NCBI GenBank assembly: GCA_046861385.1
Contig: JBHHTW010000004.1
Span: 1-64,000, forward strand
Reading direction: 5' to 3'
Source of the DNA: Fidelibacterota bacterium
Lineage (GTDB): Bacteria > Fidelibacterota > Marinisomatia > Marinisomatales > TCS55
Length of the DNA stretch: 64,000 nucleotides
The notes beneath the pieces were generated by a model, which saw only the letters and a program-made list of their open reading frames with translations, had not been told where the DNA came from and made no database searches. Positions within the stretch are counted from its first letter, which is position 1. Every line of letters starts with the position of its first letter. Positions 20,066 through 30,901 of this stretch are shown in pieces. The translations under genes were made by a program, and so were the position numbers.

Positions 20066-20802
20066 AGAATTTCCCTTAATAAAAAGATGATGGCGATGAC
20101 AACTACTATCCCCATGATTTTTTGAATGGTCTTCGTCTCAAATTTAAAAGAACCAAAATAAGATCCTGCGATTCCACCAACAGTCACGGCTCCTGCAAGC
20201 GGCAAAATAAATGCCAGGTCAATCGTGCCAGTTTGAGCTCTGGCTATTACGCCTGCTAATGAATTTACCCAAATAAATAATGCGCCGGCTGCGGCGGCTT
20301 CCTTTTCATTTCCCAAACCAAACATGATAATCAATGGTACCAGATATATTCCACCGCCGATTCCCACAGCGCCCGACACAAATCCGAGAACAGCACCCAT
20401 ATAAAAAATGAATATCCACTTTTGAACGCCGGATAATTGAAATTTAAATTTATAATCTGTTAACATATATATTCTCACTGTAACTAAAATGAGAGTGATC
20501 AACAACAGAATTTGAAATATTTCTTTGGACAAGTTTAATGTACCCGCAAAGTACGACAACGGGATTGACGTCGCCATGAATGGAAGAATTAAAGTAAGTT
20601 TGCCATGACCGTTGCGCCAAAAGTTTATCACTCCAATGGAGGTAACAATCAAGTTTAATGATAATGATGTCGTCGGAATAATATGATAACTAATACCGAA
20701 AATGGCCATAATTGCAGTATAGGACGATCCACCACCCAACCCGACAGATGAGTAAATCAGGGCAATGAAAAAAAACAGGATAGGTAAAATGAATTCCGTC
20801 AT
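20062..20802 (-). CDS. TauE/SafE (TSUP) family transporter
   Basis: YSSVGLGGGSSY and GAVGIGGGIYLVP motifs; about 8 TM helices. Confidence 0.9.
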   Translation of the reverse strand: MTEFILPILFFFIALIYSSVGLGGGSSYTAIMAIFGISYHIIPTTSLSLNLIVTSIGVINFWRNGHGKLTLILPFMATSIPLSYFAGTLNLSKEIFQILLLITLILVTVRIYMLTDYKFKFQLSGVQKWIFIFYMGAVLGFVSGAVGIGGGIYLVPLIIMFGLGNEKEAAAAGALFIWVNSLAGVIARAQTGTIDLAFILPLAGAVTVGGIAGSYFGSFKFETKTIQKIMGIVVVIAIIFLLREIL

Positions 20803-20808
20803 TTTATT

Positions 20809-20841
20809 ATCTTTGCGGAAGTTTTAAACTTCCGCAAAGTT
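20809..20841. repeat. Intergenic 33-bp REP-like palindrome
   Basis: ATCTTTGCGGAAGTT-TTA-AACTTCCGCAAAGTT. Confidence 0.75.
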
Positions 20842-20864
20842 CCTTTTTTAAACCATTCCATCTA

Positions 20865-21806
20865 TTAATGTTTTTCACCTTTCATCATATGAAATGAATG
20901 AAAAATAGTTGGAATTAACACTTTCAGAGCATCTTTTACTGCACCGGTACTTCCAGGCAGACAGATAACAATCGCTCCATTCACTACTCCAACTGTGAGA
21001 CGGGATAAAATGGCTGTCTTGACTTTTCCACGTCCGTATGCATGGAGAGCCTGTTCAACACCCGGCAGTTTGGAATCGAATATTTTTTCCACAGTTTCGA
21101 TGGTCAAATCCCGTGGACCCAGTCCCGTTCCGCCCGTAGTGATTATCAGTTCTACTCCTTTGTTAATCCAGGATTGAATCGTTTGGATAAGATATTCAGA
21201 ACCGTCGGGCAACACTGTTTGATGGTCAACTGTACACCCTGCATCAGAAAATCCATTGATTAATATTGGACCAGATTTATCTTCGTTTTGACCAGCAGCA
21301 ACACTGTCGCTTATGGTAATAATCCCAACTTTTGGTCGATATTCTATAGCATAGTGTGATTTTCCACCTGTTTTTTCAACTAGTTTGACTTCACCGATTG
21401 TCATTGTTTTATCGATTGACTTGCACATATCATAAATGGTCAACGCAGCTACGGATACAGCTGTGAGTGCTTCCATTTCTACACCGGTAGCTTCCCGGGT
21501 TTTGACTGTAGAGTTAATCGCAATACTATCACTCTGAATTTCAAATTCAATATCCACAAAAGACAAGTTCAGTTGGTGACACATGGGAATCAGATCGGAA
21601 GTCTTTTTTGCTGCTTGGATACCAGCAATTTTCGCAGTTGTTAACACATTGCCTTTGGGAATTGAATCATCTTGAATTGAAGTAATCGTTTCCGGGAGCA
21701 TGATGATTTTACCTTCTGCCCTTGCCGTCCGGTCTGTCGACACTTTATCAGTCACATCGACCATTCTAACATTTCCTTTTTTATCTAAATGCGAAAAATC
21801 ATTCAT
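20865..21806 (-). CDS. moaCB: Bifunctional MoaC / MogA-MoaB fusion
   Basis: MVDVTDK, LIPMCH and GVEMEAL (MoaC) followed by TTGGTGLGPRD and LPGS (MogA/MoaB). Confidence 0.92.
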   Translation of the reverse strand: MNDFSHLDKKGNVRMVDVTDKVSTDRTARAEGKIIMLPETITSIQDDSIPKGNVLTTAKIAGIQAAKKTSDLIPMCHQLNLSFVDIEFEIQSDSIAINSTVKTREATGVEMEALTAVSVAALTIYDMCKSIDKTMTIGEVKLVEKTGGKSHYAIEYRPKVGIITISDSVAAGQNEDKSGPILINGFSDAGCTVDHQTVLPDGSEYLIQTIQSWINKGVELIITTGGTGLGPRDLTIETVEKIFDSKLPGVEQALHAYGRGKVKTAILSRLTVGVVNGAIVICLPGSTGAVKDALKVLIPTIFHSFHMMKGEKH

Positions 21807-21807
21807 A

Positions 21808-22851
21808 TTATCCTCCTATTTGCGTCATGGATTCTCTGTGGTCTTTTCCGTGGTGCTGGGCTTCCCAACCATCCCTGAATTTTTTATGCATTGTATTTCT
21901 AATCATTTCTCCAATCTCTCCATCAGACACTCCACTACGCATGGCATCTCGAATGTTTGTTTCTCTTTGGCTGTACAAACAGTTTAATAGTTTTCCATCT
22001 GCGGTAATACGGAGGCGGTTGCATTCATTACATAGACTGCGGGAGTAAGCTGGAATGACGGCTACTTTCCCCTTATAACCTTTTACCCTGAAAATATAAT
22101 GTTCTGTCCGAGAACCGCCAACGGATTGGAGTTCAGGTATTATGCTTTTCAAATCCGCTACTATATGGTCTGCACCATAAAACTTTCCCGTTTTCCAAAT
22201 CTGATGAGAATCAAATGGCATGAGTTCAATAAAGCGTACTGTAATGTTATTTTCCTTTGTAAAAGCAACAAAATCCAGAAATTCATCATTGTTAAAATCC
22301 CTCATGACTACCACATTTATCTTTATAGAATGTAAACTCGACTCAATTGCTTTTTTGAATCCTTCCAAAACAAGATTCAGTCCGTCTCGTCTGGAAATGG
22401 TTTTAAATTTTTCAGGATTTAATGTATCCAGACTAATATTGATTCCAGTCAAGCCGGCATCCTCTAATTGGTCAATATATTTGCCAAGCAATATTCCATT
22501 CGTTGTCAGGTGAATAGACTCTACACCATCTGTATTTTTGGTAAATCGAATAATGTCCGACAAATCTCTTCGCAGCAATGGTTCTCCACCGGTAAAGCGA
22601 ATTTTGGATACTCCCATCTTGGAGGTCAATTCTATAAGACGATAAATCTCATCGGTAGTCAGCAGTTTATTTTTGGTGCGAAAATCGACACCTTCCTCCG
22701 GCATGCAGTACATACAGCGAAGATTACATTGCTCATTTAAGGCAAGGCGAAGATAATTGAATGTACGACCGAATTGGTCATGGATAGGCGAATGCGCCGA
22801 ATGAATCGACGCACCGCTAAAGGGTCGGATTTGTTGTTTTAGTACTTCCAT
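21808..22851 (-). CDS. moaA: GTP 3',8-cyclase MoaA
   Basis: CNLRCMYC, TGGEP, CNECNRLR...NCL and C-terminal IGG; probable ATG at 22851 (ORF extends to 22920). Confidence 0.95.
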   Translation of the reverse strand: MEVLKQQIRPFSGASIHSAHSPIHDQFGRTFNYLRLALNEQCNLRCMYCMPEEGVDFRTKNKLLTTDEIYRLIELTSKMGVSKIRFTGGEPLLRRDLSDIIRFTKNTDGVESIHLTTNGILLGKYIDQLEDAGLTGINISLDTLNPEKFKTISRRDGLNLVLEGFKKAIESSLHSIKINVVVMRDFNNDEFLDFVAFTKENNITVRFIELMPFDSHQIWKTGKFYGADHIVADLKSIIPELQSVGGSRTEHYIFRVKGYKGKVAVIPAYSRSLCNECNRLRITADGKLLNCLYSQRETNIRDAMRSGVSDGEIGEMIRNTMHKKFRDGWEAQHHGKDHRESMTQIGG

Positions 22852-23037
22852 TCTCTTTCCAATCACGGGAGCAAATGATTCCGTTTCCAGCTTCACCGTA
22901 CCGGCCTCAAACCATATCAACTACCTGTTGACTTAGGTTTTTTGGCTACGAGATGGTCTAATAAATTATGTTAAACTATTTCTTGATCAAATCTATTTGA
23001 TTTCCATCCTCAATTTGACAATGAATGGATCCATTAA

Positions 23038-24183
23038 TTAAAAATTGACAATAGTCATGAGGTAGGCAAAAGATCCATTGGCGCCATCTTCTGCTTTTAA
23101 TTTTCCGGGCATGAATAGAGAATAGCCGCCAACCAGTTTTACATTTTTAGCCAATTTATGGACGACGGTCACATCCAGCTCATTTCCAAATGAATCACTG
23201 CTCTGGTCTGCGTTAAATATATGGTATGCTGCATTCACAACATGGCCAGCGATTTTTACACCGGAAACTTTCACATGGATATCCTGAAGGCCCAGACCTG
23301 ATGTATGAACAGGCAGATTTAAGAAATAATCCATAAATCCATAATATTTATGATTGGTGGCATATAGGGTGTTGAATGATTCATCAATGTCGGAGGTGGT
23401 GGAGTCATCTCCGGAAACAAAATCCAACCCGGCTGAAACTGTCATTCCAGCGATTTTTAATCCTCCATTAATGGCATACATCATGCCACCGAAATCAACA
23501 TCATCTGATTTTGCCCCGCTTTGGGTGGCAAATTCAGCTTCATAATTCACACTTGCAATAGTACCTTTTTCATAAGTACCCAGAGTCATTCTTTCATTAT
23601 CCTGGATGGCAAAAACCTGCGTTGTATGTCCGTCCATAAGTTTTAGGTTGGTATAGGCGCCCCGAACATTGTAATCGTCCTCATCATCAACCATCCCTGC
23701 TTCTACCTGCTTATAGTTGAATACGTCCACATTGGCAAACCCATTGGTATAATTAAATACAACACCATCAAACGAGCGACCAACGTTATGCCAACCCACG
23801 GCTCCGATGAGTCGCTGGGGACCGTATACTGCTTCAAATCGACCTACTTTTGCACTCAATCCCAATCCAAACAGATTATTCAATTTAAAATATGCCTGAT
23901 GGACATCCAGCATATCTGCTGTACCATCGGTCAGCGTACTGGTTTCTGTTCCAAAAACACGAGAGTCCTGAAGTTGCACAAAAGTCAATACATCTTCGCT
24001 TTTATATGATACAGCAAATCGGGTGCGCAAATAGTTCTGGTTATTAAATCCGGTAGTATCTGAAAAATCCTTATCCACCATCTCGTATCTCTGACGAATC
24101 TGGCCTGAAAATTTTAACGGATTTGATTCAGCAAATAATATCCCAATAATCGAAATCAGGATTAGTGTTGTTCTTAAGTTCAT
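23038..24183 (-). CDS. Alginate-export family outer-membrane beta-barrel porin
   Basis: Signal peptide; VQLQDSRVFG, QRLIGAVGWHNVGRSFDG and TNHKYYGFMDYF motifs; C-terminal F. Confidence 0.85.
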   Translation of the reverse strand: MNLRTTLILISIIGILFAESNPLKFSGQIRQRYEMVDKDFSDTTGFNNQNYLRTRFAVSYKSEDVLTFVQLQDSRVFGTETSTLTDGTADMLDVHQAYFKLNNLFGLGLSAKVGRFEAVYGPQRLIGAVGWHNVGRSFDGVVFNYTNGFANVDVFNYKQVEAGMVDDEDDYNVRGAYTNLKLMDGHTTQVFAIQDNERMTLGTYEKGTIASVNYEAEFATQSGAKSDDVDFGGMMYAINGGLKIAGMTVSAGLDFVSGDDSTTSDIDESFNTLYATNHKYYGFMDYFLNLPVHTSGLGLQDIHVKVSGVKIAGHVVNAAYHIFNADQSSDSFGNELDVTVVHKLAKNVKLVGGYSLFMPGKLKAEDGANGSFAYLMTIVNF

Positions 24184-24331
24184 TTCATACTCCTAGTATT
24201 TATGTTATTTATATTGTTGTGTTCATTAATTGATTTTGGAAAAAATAATTGAAAAATAATTATTCTAAATTTGGATCGACTCGGTTAATCCACCCTATAA
24301 TAGGAGAGTAATTCGAATGGTAGCGATTTGA

Positions 24332-25501
24332 TTAAGTGTGCAATTGTAAACTCTCGTCCAAATATGGATCTTTTAATGGCACTGGGTTTTTTCCTGAAAA
24401 TGTTTTCATAAATACCCAAATCGTGGCAGCAAGTGCTCCTGCAAACATGACAACTTCAATGAGTCCAAAAATAGGCGTTTCCCAATGGGGTGGAAAAATC
24501 ATTAAATACAAATCGACCCACCGACCCACCAGAACCAGCGATGCAGCGACTAACAAACTTTTTTCGTTCCGCTTTGTTTTTCTAAATAATAAAATCGTAA
24601 ACGGAATGAGCCAATTAAGTAAAATATTCACAACCGTCAGCGCACCAAATACACCTGCATGGCGTTTAATATAGTAGACCGTTTCTTCCGGTATATTTGC
24701 GTACCAGATTAGCATATGTTGAGAAAACCATATATAGACCCAAAAGGTCGTGAATCCGAATAAATACCTTGCCAATTCGTGCAGATGGTCTACTTTTGCC
24801 GTACCACCAAACGCATTTTTTCTCTTGAGAATAATAAGAGCGATTATCAAAAAGGCCAATCCACTGGTGAACATTCCGGAAAAATTATACAGCCCGAAAA
24901 TGGTACTGTACCAATGGGGTTCCAGGGACATAATCCAGTCAAAACTGGATGCAACAAACATAATGCCGCCGATGTAAAGCCAAAAAGCCGACCAACCTAT
25001 GGCAGATTTCTTATGAGCCGTATTTCCATCGATATCTATGGCATTGGATTTTGAAATTATTTTTCTCCCCACCACTATCCAAAAAATAAAATACAAAGCC
25101 ATCCTTGCAAAGAATCCAGCAGAATTCAACCAAGCAGATTTTCCGGTTAAAAGTGCATCTGTTTTCATTACATCTGCCTTGGACCAAATATAAATATCAT
25201 TCATACCAAAATACAAAACCGCCATCATGATAAATCCCATAGGCAAAATGGAAAACATGGCTTCGGGGATCCGTCGTATAACAACATCCCATCCGGAATT
25301 GGATACAAAATGAATCGCTACCAGCATCATACCGCAAAACCCAATACCCGTCAGAAAATAAGCTGACAGAAGTAAATTAGACCACGCTCGCACAGGATTA
25401 ATAACTATCCCAATTATAAATGCAGCGACACCCAATGCCATGAAGACCTTTAACCATATTTTTTGACTGGACGTCAATAACATTTTAGTTTGTTCAATCA
25501 T
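24332..25501 (-). CDS. actF: Alternative complex III subunit ActF
   Basis: DWIMSLEPHWYSTIFG and SQHMLIWYANIPEET motifs; about 10 TM helices. Confidence 0.9.
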   Translation of the reverse strand: MIEQTKMLLTSSQKIWLKVFMALGVAAFIIGIVINPVRAWSNLLLSAYFLTGIGFCGMMLVAIHFVSNSGWDVVIRRIPEAMFSILPMGFIMMAVLYFGMNDIYIWSKADVMKTDALLTGKSAWLNSAGFFARMALYFIFWIVVGRKIISKSNAIDIDGNTAHKKSAIGWSAFWLYIGGIMFVASSFDWIMSLEPHWYSTIFGLYNFSGMFTSGLAFLIIALIILKRKNAFGGTAKVDHLHELARYLFGFTTFWVYIWFSQHMLIWYANIPEETVYYIKRHAGVFGALTVVNILLNWLIPFTILLFRKTKRNEKSLLVAASLVLVGRWVDLYLMIFPPHWETPIFGLIEVVMFAGALAATIWVFMKTFSGKNPVPLKDPYLDESLQLHT

Positions 25502-25502
25502 A

Positions 25503-26057
25503 TTAATTCCCCATGGTCCTCAAAAAGTGGATTACCTTCCACCGGTCTTCTCTTATAACTTGCGATCGGTAAGATGCCATATTCCCTCGACCGTTTGAAA
25601 CGATGAAATACAATTGTCCATCTTTCATATTCATCACTTTGTCAGAAAGTAGAGACGGTGGCGGCGGTACACCCCGTTTGGTCACCGGACCATCCCCCAG
25701 ACCTGTCAGTCCATGACAGACCTGACAATAATTTCTATAAACCCATTCACCGCGCATTACATTTTTTTCAGTAGGTTCAACTGGATTGCTCAATACATTA
25801 CCGGCTAATTCTTCTGTCAGATCACCATCAGCATACTCTGGCAAGAATCCTCGAGCGATGGTGCCTTTAACGGGTGGTTGAAGTGTTTTCCCATCGGGGT
25901 AATTCGGATTCTCTGAAAAGGCATCGAATGGAATCGAATGAACCATTTCCGGAACAAATTCTACATTTGTTTCTCTCGGGTCCATGTACAGGCAACGCTG
26001 CAATCCAATGAGCAGCAGAATAACAATGCCCAGCTTCATTATTGATTTAAATTTCAT
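25503..26057 (-). CDS. actE: Alternative complex III monoheme cytochrome c ActE
   Basis: PVKGTIARG, CQVCH and distal Met in GNMASY. Confidence 0.88.
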   Translation of the reverse strand: MKFKSIMKLGIVILLLIGLQRCLYMDPRETNVEFVPEMVHSIPFDAFSENPNYPDGKTLQPPVKGTIARGFLPEYADGDLTEELAGNVLSNPVEPTEKNVMRGEWVYRNYCQVCHGLTGLGDGPVTKRGVPPPPSLLSDKVMNMKDGQLYFIVSNGRGNMASYRSQVIREDRWKVIHFLRTMGN

Positions 26058-26578
26058 CAGTCAGATTCCAATCTCTCATTCCATTCAAAAGCGTGATATT
26101 CCGTGGCTATCTTAACAGCCCTTTCACTGTCGAAGCTTCCAACTCCTTCCGAGAGGACAAGGACAAATCGATCATCTGTTACGTCCGGAGCGAATGTGAC
26201 CGGTTTTCGTCCGGGTAATACACCCGTCAGCCATAATAAGGTAAAAACAGTCCCGAGCCCTGCAAATAGAACGGTCGTTTCAAAAGCAATAGGCAAAAAT
26301 GCCGGCATAGAGTTCCAAGGCTTACCGCCGATATTGATCGGCCAACTTATTGCCGATATCCAATACTGACCCCATAATCCGAAGACCAATCCGATAGCAG
26401 CAAAAATGAAACACACTTTAGATAGGCGGGACGGCTTCAATCCCATGGCTTTATCCAATCCATGGACGGCATAAGGCGTATATGCATCCAAAATTTTATA
26501 ACCTCTATTCATGTATTTTACGGTTGCATCTTTTAAATCAAATTCATTATCAAATGAAACTATAAATACTTTCTTCAT
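26057..26578 (-). CDS. actD: Alternative complex III subunit ActD (DUF3341)
   Basis: YTPYAVHGL, WPINIGGKP, PIAFETTVL and TDDRF motifs. Confidence 0.9.
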   Translation of the reverse strand: MKKVFIVSFDNEFDLKDATVKYMNRGYKILDAYTPYAVHGLDKAMGLKPSRLSKVCFIFAAIGLVFGLWGQYWISAISWPINIGGKPWNSMPAFLPIAFETTVLFAGLGTVFTLLWLTGVLPGRKPVTFAPDVTDDRFVLVLSEGVGSFDSERAVKIATEYHAFEWNERLESD

Positions 26579-27945
26579 CTCCCACCCCCGCTTCGGCCTT
26601 TATAGTGAAGGACATTTTTAACTTCACCAATGGAAATAATGGGTAAATACCTTATGAATAACATGAATAACGTGAAGAACAACCCGAAACTGCCAATGAG
26701 CGTACCGATTTCTACCAATGACGGTGTATACATGGCCCACGCCGACGGCAGATAATCCCGATGCAGGGACGTAACAATAATCACGAATCGTTCAAACCAC
26801 ATACCGATATTGATAAAAATGGATAGAATAAAAACCATTATCATATTGGTGCGGATTTTCTTGAACCAAAAGAATTGCGGTGTAATCAAATTACAGCCAA
26901 CCATAATCCAATAAGCCCAGGAGAAGGGCCCCAACGCCCGGTTCATGAAGACGAATTGTTCATAACCATTCCCGGAATACCATGCGATAAAAAACTCTGT
27001 CGCGTAGGACAATGTTACAATACCACCAGTTACAATAATCACCTTGGTCATATTTTCAATATGCTTTACGGTAATATATTCTTCTAATCGTAATGTTTTC
27101 CGGGCGATTAGTAATAAGGTAAGCACCATGGCAAAACCTGAAAAAACAGCGCCGGCGACAAAATAAGGGGGGAAAGTTGTCGTATGCCATCCAGGGATAG
27201 AAGATGTGGCAAAGTCAAAACTCACAATGGTATGAACCGATACAACCAAAGGCGCTGCCAATCCAGCCAATAAGGCGTAAACAGTTTCATATCGATGCCA
27301 GGTTCTGAAAGAACCGGACCACCCAAAACTCATTAGTCCGAAAATCCATTTTTTCATTTTGTTTTTCGCTCTGTCGCGAACTGTCGCCAAATCAGGAATC
27401 ATGCCAATGTACCAAAAAACAGCCGAAATAATTAAGTATGTGCTGATGGCAAAAACATCCCAAACCAGTGGTGAACGAAAATTAACCCACAGAGGACCGC
27501 GAAAATTTGGGTAGGGCATCATCCAGTAAGCCATCCAGGGTCTTCCCATATGAATAATGGGGAACAGGCCAGCGCAAATGACAGCAAAAATGGTCATCGC
27601 TTCGGCAGATCGATTAATGGACGTCCGCCATTTTTGTCTGAATAAAAATAGAATAGCTGAAATCAGGGTACCGGCGTGACCAATTCCTACCCAGAATACA
27701 AAATTGGTAATATCAAAAGCCCAACCAACGGTTTTGTTCAGTCCCCATGTTCCGATACCTGTCATAATCTGGTAGGTGACGGACACGATACCAAGAGACA
27801 ATGCACTTGCGGCCAGTAGAAAACCAAACCACCATAATCCGGTTGGTTTTCGCTCCATGATTTCGACAACATCATTGGTGACATTTTTTAAATTTTTATT
27901 GCCATGAATCAGTGGTTCTCTAATCGATTTCACCTGACTAGCCAT
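26575..27945 (-). CDS. actC: Alternative complex III quinol-oxidising subunit ActC (NrfD family)
   Basis: FVFWVGIGHAGTLISA, INRSAEAMT, HMGRPW and GMWFERF motifs; alternative start 27966. Confidence 0.92.
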   Translation of the reverse strand: MASQVKSIREPLIHGNKNLKNVTNDVVEIMERKPTGLWWFGFLLAASALSLGIVSVTYQIMTGIGTWGLNKTVGWAFDITNFVFWVGIGHAGTLISAILFLFRQKWRTSINRSAEAMTIFAVICAGLFPIIHMGRPWMAYWMMPYPNFRGPLWVNFRSPLVWDVFAISTYLIISAVFWYIGMIPDLATVRDRAKNKMKKWIFGLMSFGWSGSFRTWHRYETVYALLAGLAAPLVVSVHTIVSFDFATSSIPGWHTTTFPPYFVAGAVFSGFAMVLTLLLIARKTLRLEEYITVKHIENMTKVIIVTGGIVTLSYATEFFIAWYSGNGYEQFVFMNRALGPFSWAYWIMVGCNLITPQFFWFKKIRTNMIMVFILSIFINIGMWFERFVIIVTSLHRDYLPSAWAMYTPSLVEIGTLIGSFGLFFTLFMLFIRYLPIISIGEVKNVLHYKGRSGGGR

Positions 27946-30892
27946 GATGGTTTCCCCCTGTTTCATCTTTCCGGTTTCTCACCATGGTTAAATAGCCCAC
28001 AGTCGGTTTTATGTTCAGGTCTTCCAGCACATGATAATGGCGCGGGTCTTGAACTTTTTTTACGATTTCACTCTCCGGATCATTTAAGTCGCCAAAAATA
28101 ATGGCATCTGCCGGACAGGATTGTTGACAGGCCAGTTTAATATCACCGTCAGTAAGCTTGACACCCCTTTGTTTTGCTTCCATTTTGGCTTCCTGAATCC
28201 GCTGAATACACAAGGAACATTTTTCCATTACACCCCTGGAGCGTACAGTCACGTCGGGATTCAAAACCATATTTTCAAGCTGATCATCATGTGCATAATC
28301 AAACCAATTGAATCGACGAACTTTGTAGGGACAGTTATTGGCACAAAACCGAGTGCCGACACATCTATTATAAATCTGCTGGTTGAGTCCTTCAGAACTA
28401 TGGACTGTCGCCAAGACCGGGCAAACAGGTTCGCATGGAGAATTATCACAATGATGACAAAGCATGGGCTGAAATGCCACATCCACGTCGTCCCCTTCAC
28501 CGGAATAATAACGATCAATCCGCATCCATGCCATGTCCCGCCGACGAAGCACTTCATCTTTACCAACCACTGGCACATTATTTTCAACCTGGCAGCTAAT
28601 GACACAGGCCGAGCAACCTGTGCAGGCGCTTAAATCAATCGCCATAGCCCAGTGGTGTTTCTTGTATGGATGGTCTTCTTTCCAAAGATTTACTACTTGG
28701 TGTCCGTGGTGTCTTCCAGACGTTGGGTCTTTTTTATATTCATTAAAGGTTGTTTCCTGTATAAAGGGTCGCACTTCCATTGAGGCAGGTTTAATATGTT
28801 CCGGATTGGATAATGTATTATAAGTTTGCGTCAATGCAAGACCGGCTGTTCTATCTGTTTTTTCAATACTGACAGCTACACCGGAAAATGTCAGGTTCTG
28901 TTCATTTCGGCTCAATAAATGGTTAATGCGTTCTCCGACCCTTTCTCCTTCGGACAAAGTGGCTTTCTTCTGAATCCATTCGGGACCTAAATTTTTAAAC
29001 CGCTCCGTCCCTTTTCGACCATATCCCAAGGATACAGCCAGAATATCCTTATGCTGTCCTTCCTGAATGTAAACGGGTAATTCCACTGATTGGCCGCTGG
29101 AGATCAATTTTATAACATCACCCTGTTTCAGACCCAAATCTTCTGCCTTATGGGGCGACATGCAAACAGCATTGTCCCAAGTCAGTTTTGTCATGGGATC
29201 AGGCAATTCCTGGAGCCATGGATTTTCTGAATGACGACCATCCATCATTTGCAAAGACGAGTAAGCAACCAGTGACAGCCCATCCTCTATGTTGGATGTT
29301 GGAAGGATGCCTTTATTAAATTGCGCTGTTTTTCCTTCAATTGGTTTTACTCTGACAAATCCATCGTGTACCAGTATATCCCACCATCGGTTGAAAGACT
29401 GGCCACCTTTTTTCCGCTTATTATAAATCTTTTTCCAATAGTTCCGGACCAGATTCCGTTCATCATCTTTGTTACCGGTCCATTGGGCAAGGGATTTCCG
29501 GAAAGTCCGAGTGTCACCCAATCCTTGAATGGCTGGCTGCGTCATGGATAAAACACCTGACATAAATTCATCATCTGACCATGATTCCAGGTAATGAGGT
29601 GACGGACATTGCACCTGACAAATATCACTTGTTTCATTATCTTTCCCGGAAAAACTGACAGTCAGCGGTACTGATTTTAACAGGTCACGGAACCTATCAC
29701 CTTCCGGCAAATCATAAACAGGATTGACGCCATGAATAAATACTGCGCCAACTTCTCCTGCTTCCATATCTTTTAACAACTTGACTACATTGGAGTCATT
29801 TCCTGATTTTTGAAAACTGGGTGTATTTAATAATACTGTTTTGCCGATATTGCCCAGTGTATGATTAATCCGGTTCACAAGGACCTGGACAGCCGTATCA
29901 TTGAGACCGGAAATCACTAAACTTTTGCCATGATACAGTTTCAAATCATTTGCTATTTTCCCCGCCAGACCATCATTACCACTATGGTTAAGTGCGTGTT
30001 CGATATCTTTGACCAATTTAAGAATTTCTGCTGGTGTCTTTACGTGGCGCTCATCGGCTTTTGCACCGGTTATGGACATCCGTGATTCGACCTGAATATG
30101 TTTTGAAATGTGTTTCGAATCCAAATTTCTATTTTGCCTATATCCCTTCGTAAACTGTACAGGAGAAAGCCAAGTGCCCAGAAAATCAGCATCCAAACTG
30201 ACTATCATATCTGCTTTATCGAATTTATACTGGGGTAAAATACGTTTTCCATAATTCATTTGATGGGCATCTAATATAGCGGAGTAGGAAATAGGGTCGT
30301 ATATTACATGAATCGTATTGGGATATTTTTTTAGGAATTTTTTTATATAAAATTTTGTAGATGGACTGGTGACAGTTTCTGTCAGTAATACAATTTGTTT
30401 TCCCGCGTTACGGGTTTTTCTTAACCCGATCGCAACAAATTTATCCAAGGAATTCCAATCTGTCTTTTCTCCACCCACAATGGGATGGAACAACCGTTTT
30501 GAATCATATAATTCAATAACACTGGCCTGGCAGACAGGACATAATCCGCCTTGTGTTTGGGGATGATCAGGATTTCCTTCTAATTTTATCGGTCTTCCGT
30601 CACGATTTTTAACCAGAACCGCACAGCCAGAGCCGCAAGCATGGCTCGTTGATGCATACCAATACGCCTTCCCGGGAATAACTTCCTCCGGTTGGACTAA
30701 AAAGGGTATGGCTTTTTTCACAGGTGTTTTAGAACAGGCAACCATGAAGGTCGCTAATGAAAACCCAGCAGTTTTCAGAAAATCACGTCGGTTCCATTCC
30801 ATTGAAGTAGTTTCTAAATCAGCTGGACCCGCAAGACTTTCAACTGATTCTCCAACTTCTTTTGTCATCCAATATTTTTTTTCTTTAGACAT
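27938..30892 (-). CDS. actB: Alternative complex III subunit ActB (Tat; molybdopterin-oxidoreductase-like plus Fe-S domain)
   Basis: NRRDFLK Tat motif; NPWLQELPDP; CTGCSACVISC, CHHCDNSPCEPVC, CVGTRFCANNC and RGVMEKC. Confidence 0.92.
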   Translation of the reverse strand: MSKEKKYWMTKEVGESVESLAGPADLETTSMEWNRRDFLKTAGFSLATFMVACSKTPVKKAIPFLVQPEEVIPGKAYWYASTSHACGSGCAVLVKNRDGRPIKLEGNPDHPQTQGGLCPVCQASVIELYDSKRLFHPIVGGEKTDWNSLDKFVAIGLRKTRNAGKQIVLLTETVTSPSTKFYIKKFLKKYPNTIHVIYDPISYSAILDAHQMNYGKRILPQYKFDKADMIVSLDADFLGTWLSPVQFTKGYRQNRNLDSKHISKHIQVESRMSITGAKADERHVKTPAEILKLVKDIEHALNHSGNDGLAGKIANDLKLYHGKSLVISGLNDTAVQVLVNRINHTLGNIGKTVLLNTPSFQKSGNDSNVVKLLKDMEAGEVGAVFIHGVNPVYDLPEGDRFRDLLKSVPLTVSFSGKDNETSDICQVQCPSPHYLESWSDDEFMSGVLSMTQPAIQGLGDTRTFRKSLAQWTGNKDDERNLVRNYWKKIYNKRKKGGQSFNRWWDILVHDGFVRVKPIEGKTAQFNKGILPTSNIEDGLSLVAYSSLQMMDGRHSENPWLQELPDPMTKLTWDNAVCMSPHKAEDLGLKQGDVIKLISSGQSVELPVYIQEGQHKDILAVSLGYGRKGTERFKNLGPEWIQKKATLSEGERVGERINHLLSRNEQNLTFSGVAVSIEKTDRTAGLALTQTYNTLSNPEHIKPASMEVRPFIQETTFNEYKKDPTSGRHHGHQVVNLWKEDHPYKKHHWAMAIDLSACTGCSACVISCQVENNVPVVGKDEVLRRRDMAWMRIDRYYSGEGDDVDVAFQPMLCHHCDNSPCEPVCPVLATVHSSEGLNQQIYNRCVGTRFCANNCPYKVRRFNWFDYAHDDQLENMVLNPDVTVRSRGVMEKCSLCIQRIQEAKMEAKQRGVKLTDGDIKLACQQSCPADAIIFGDLNDPESEIVKKVQDPRHYHVLEDLNIKPTVGYLTMVRNRKDETGGNHHG

Positions 30893-30901
30893 TCACTAAT
30901 C

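Noticed and set aside
22981-23012. FNR box upstream of moaA (TTGAT-TTCC-ATCCT)
   Set aside because: Only one good half-site, in AT-rich DNA; the ATCAA half-sites at 43288-43521 are similarly weak.
26575-30892. Polysulfide reductase or Nrf-type complex (NrfD plus molybdopterin-like subunit)
   Set aside because: The flanking pentaheme ActA, DUF3341 ActD, monoheme ActE and ActF, and the fused B1-B2 ActB, match ACIII; there is no NrfA or separate PsrA.
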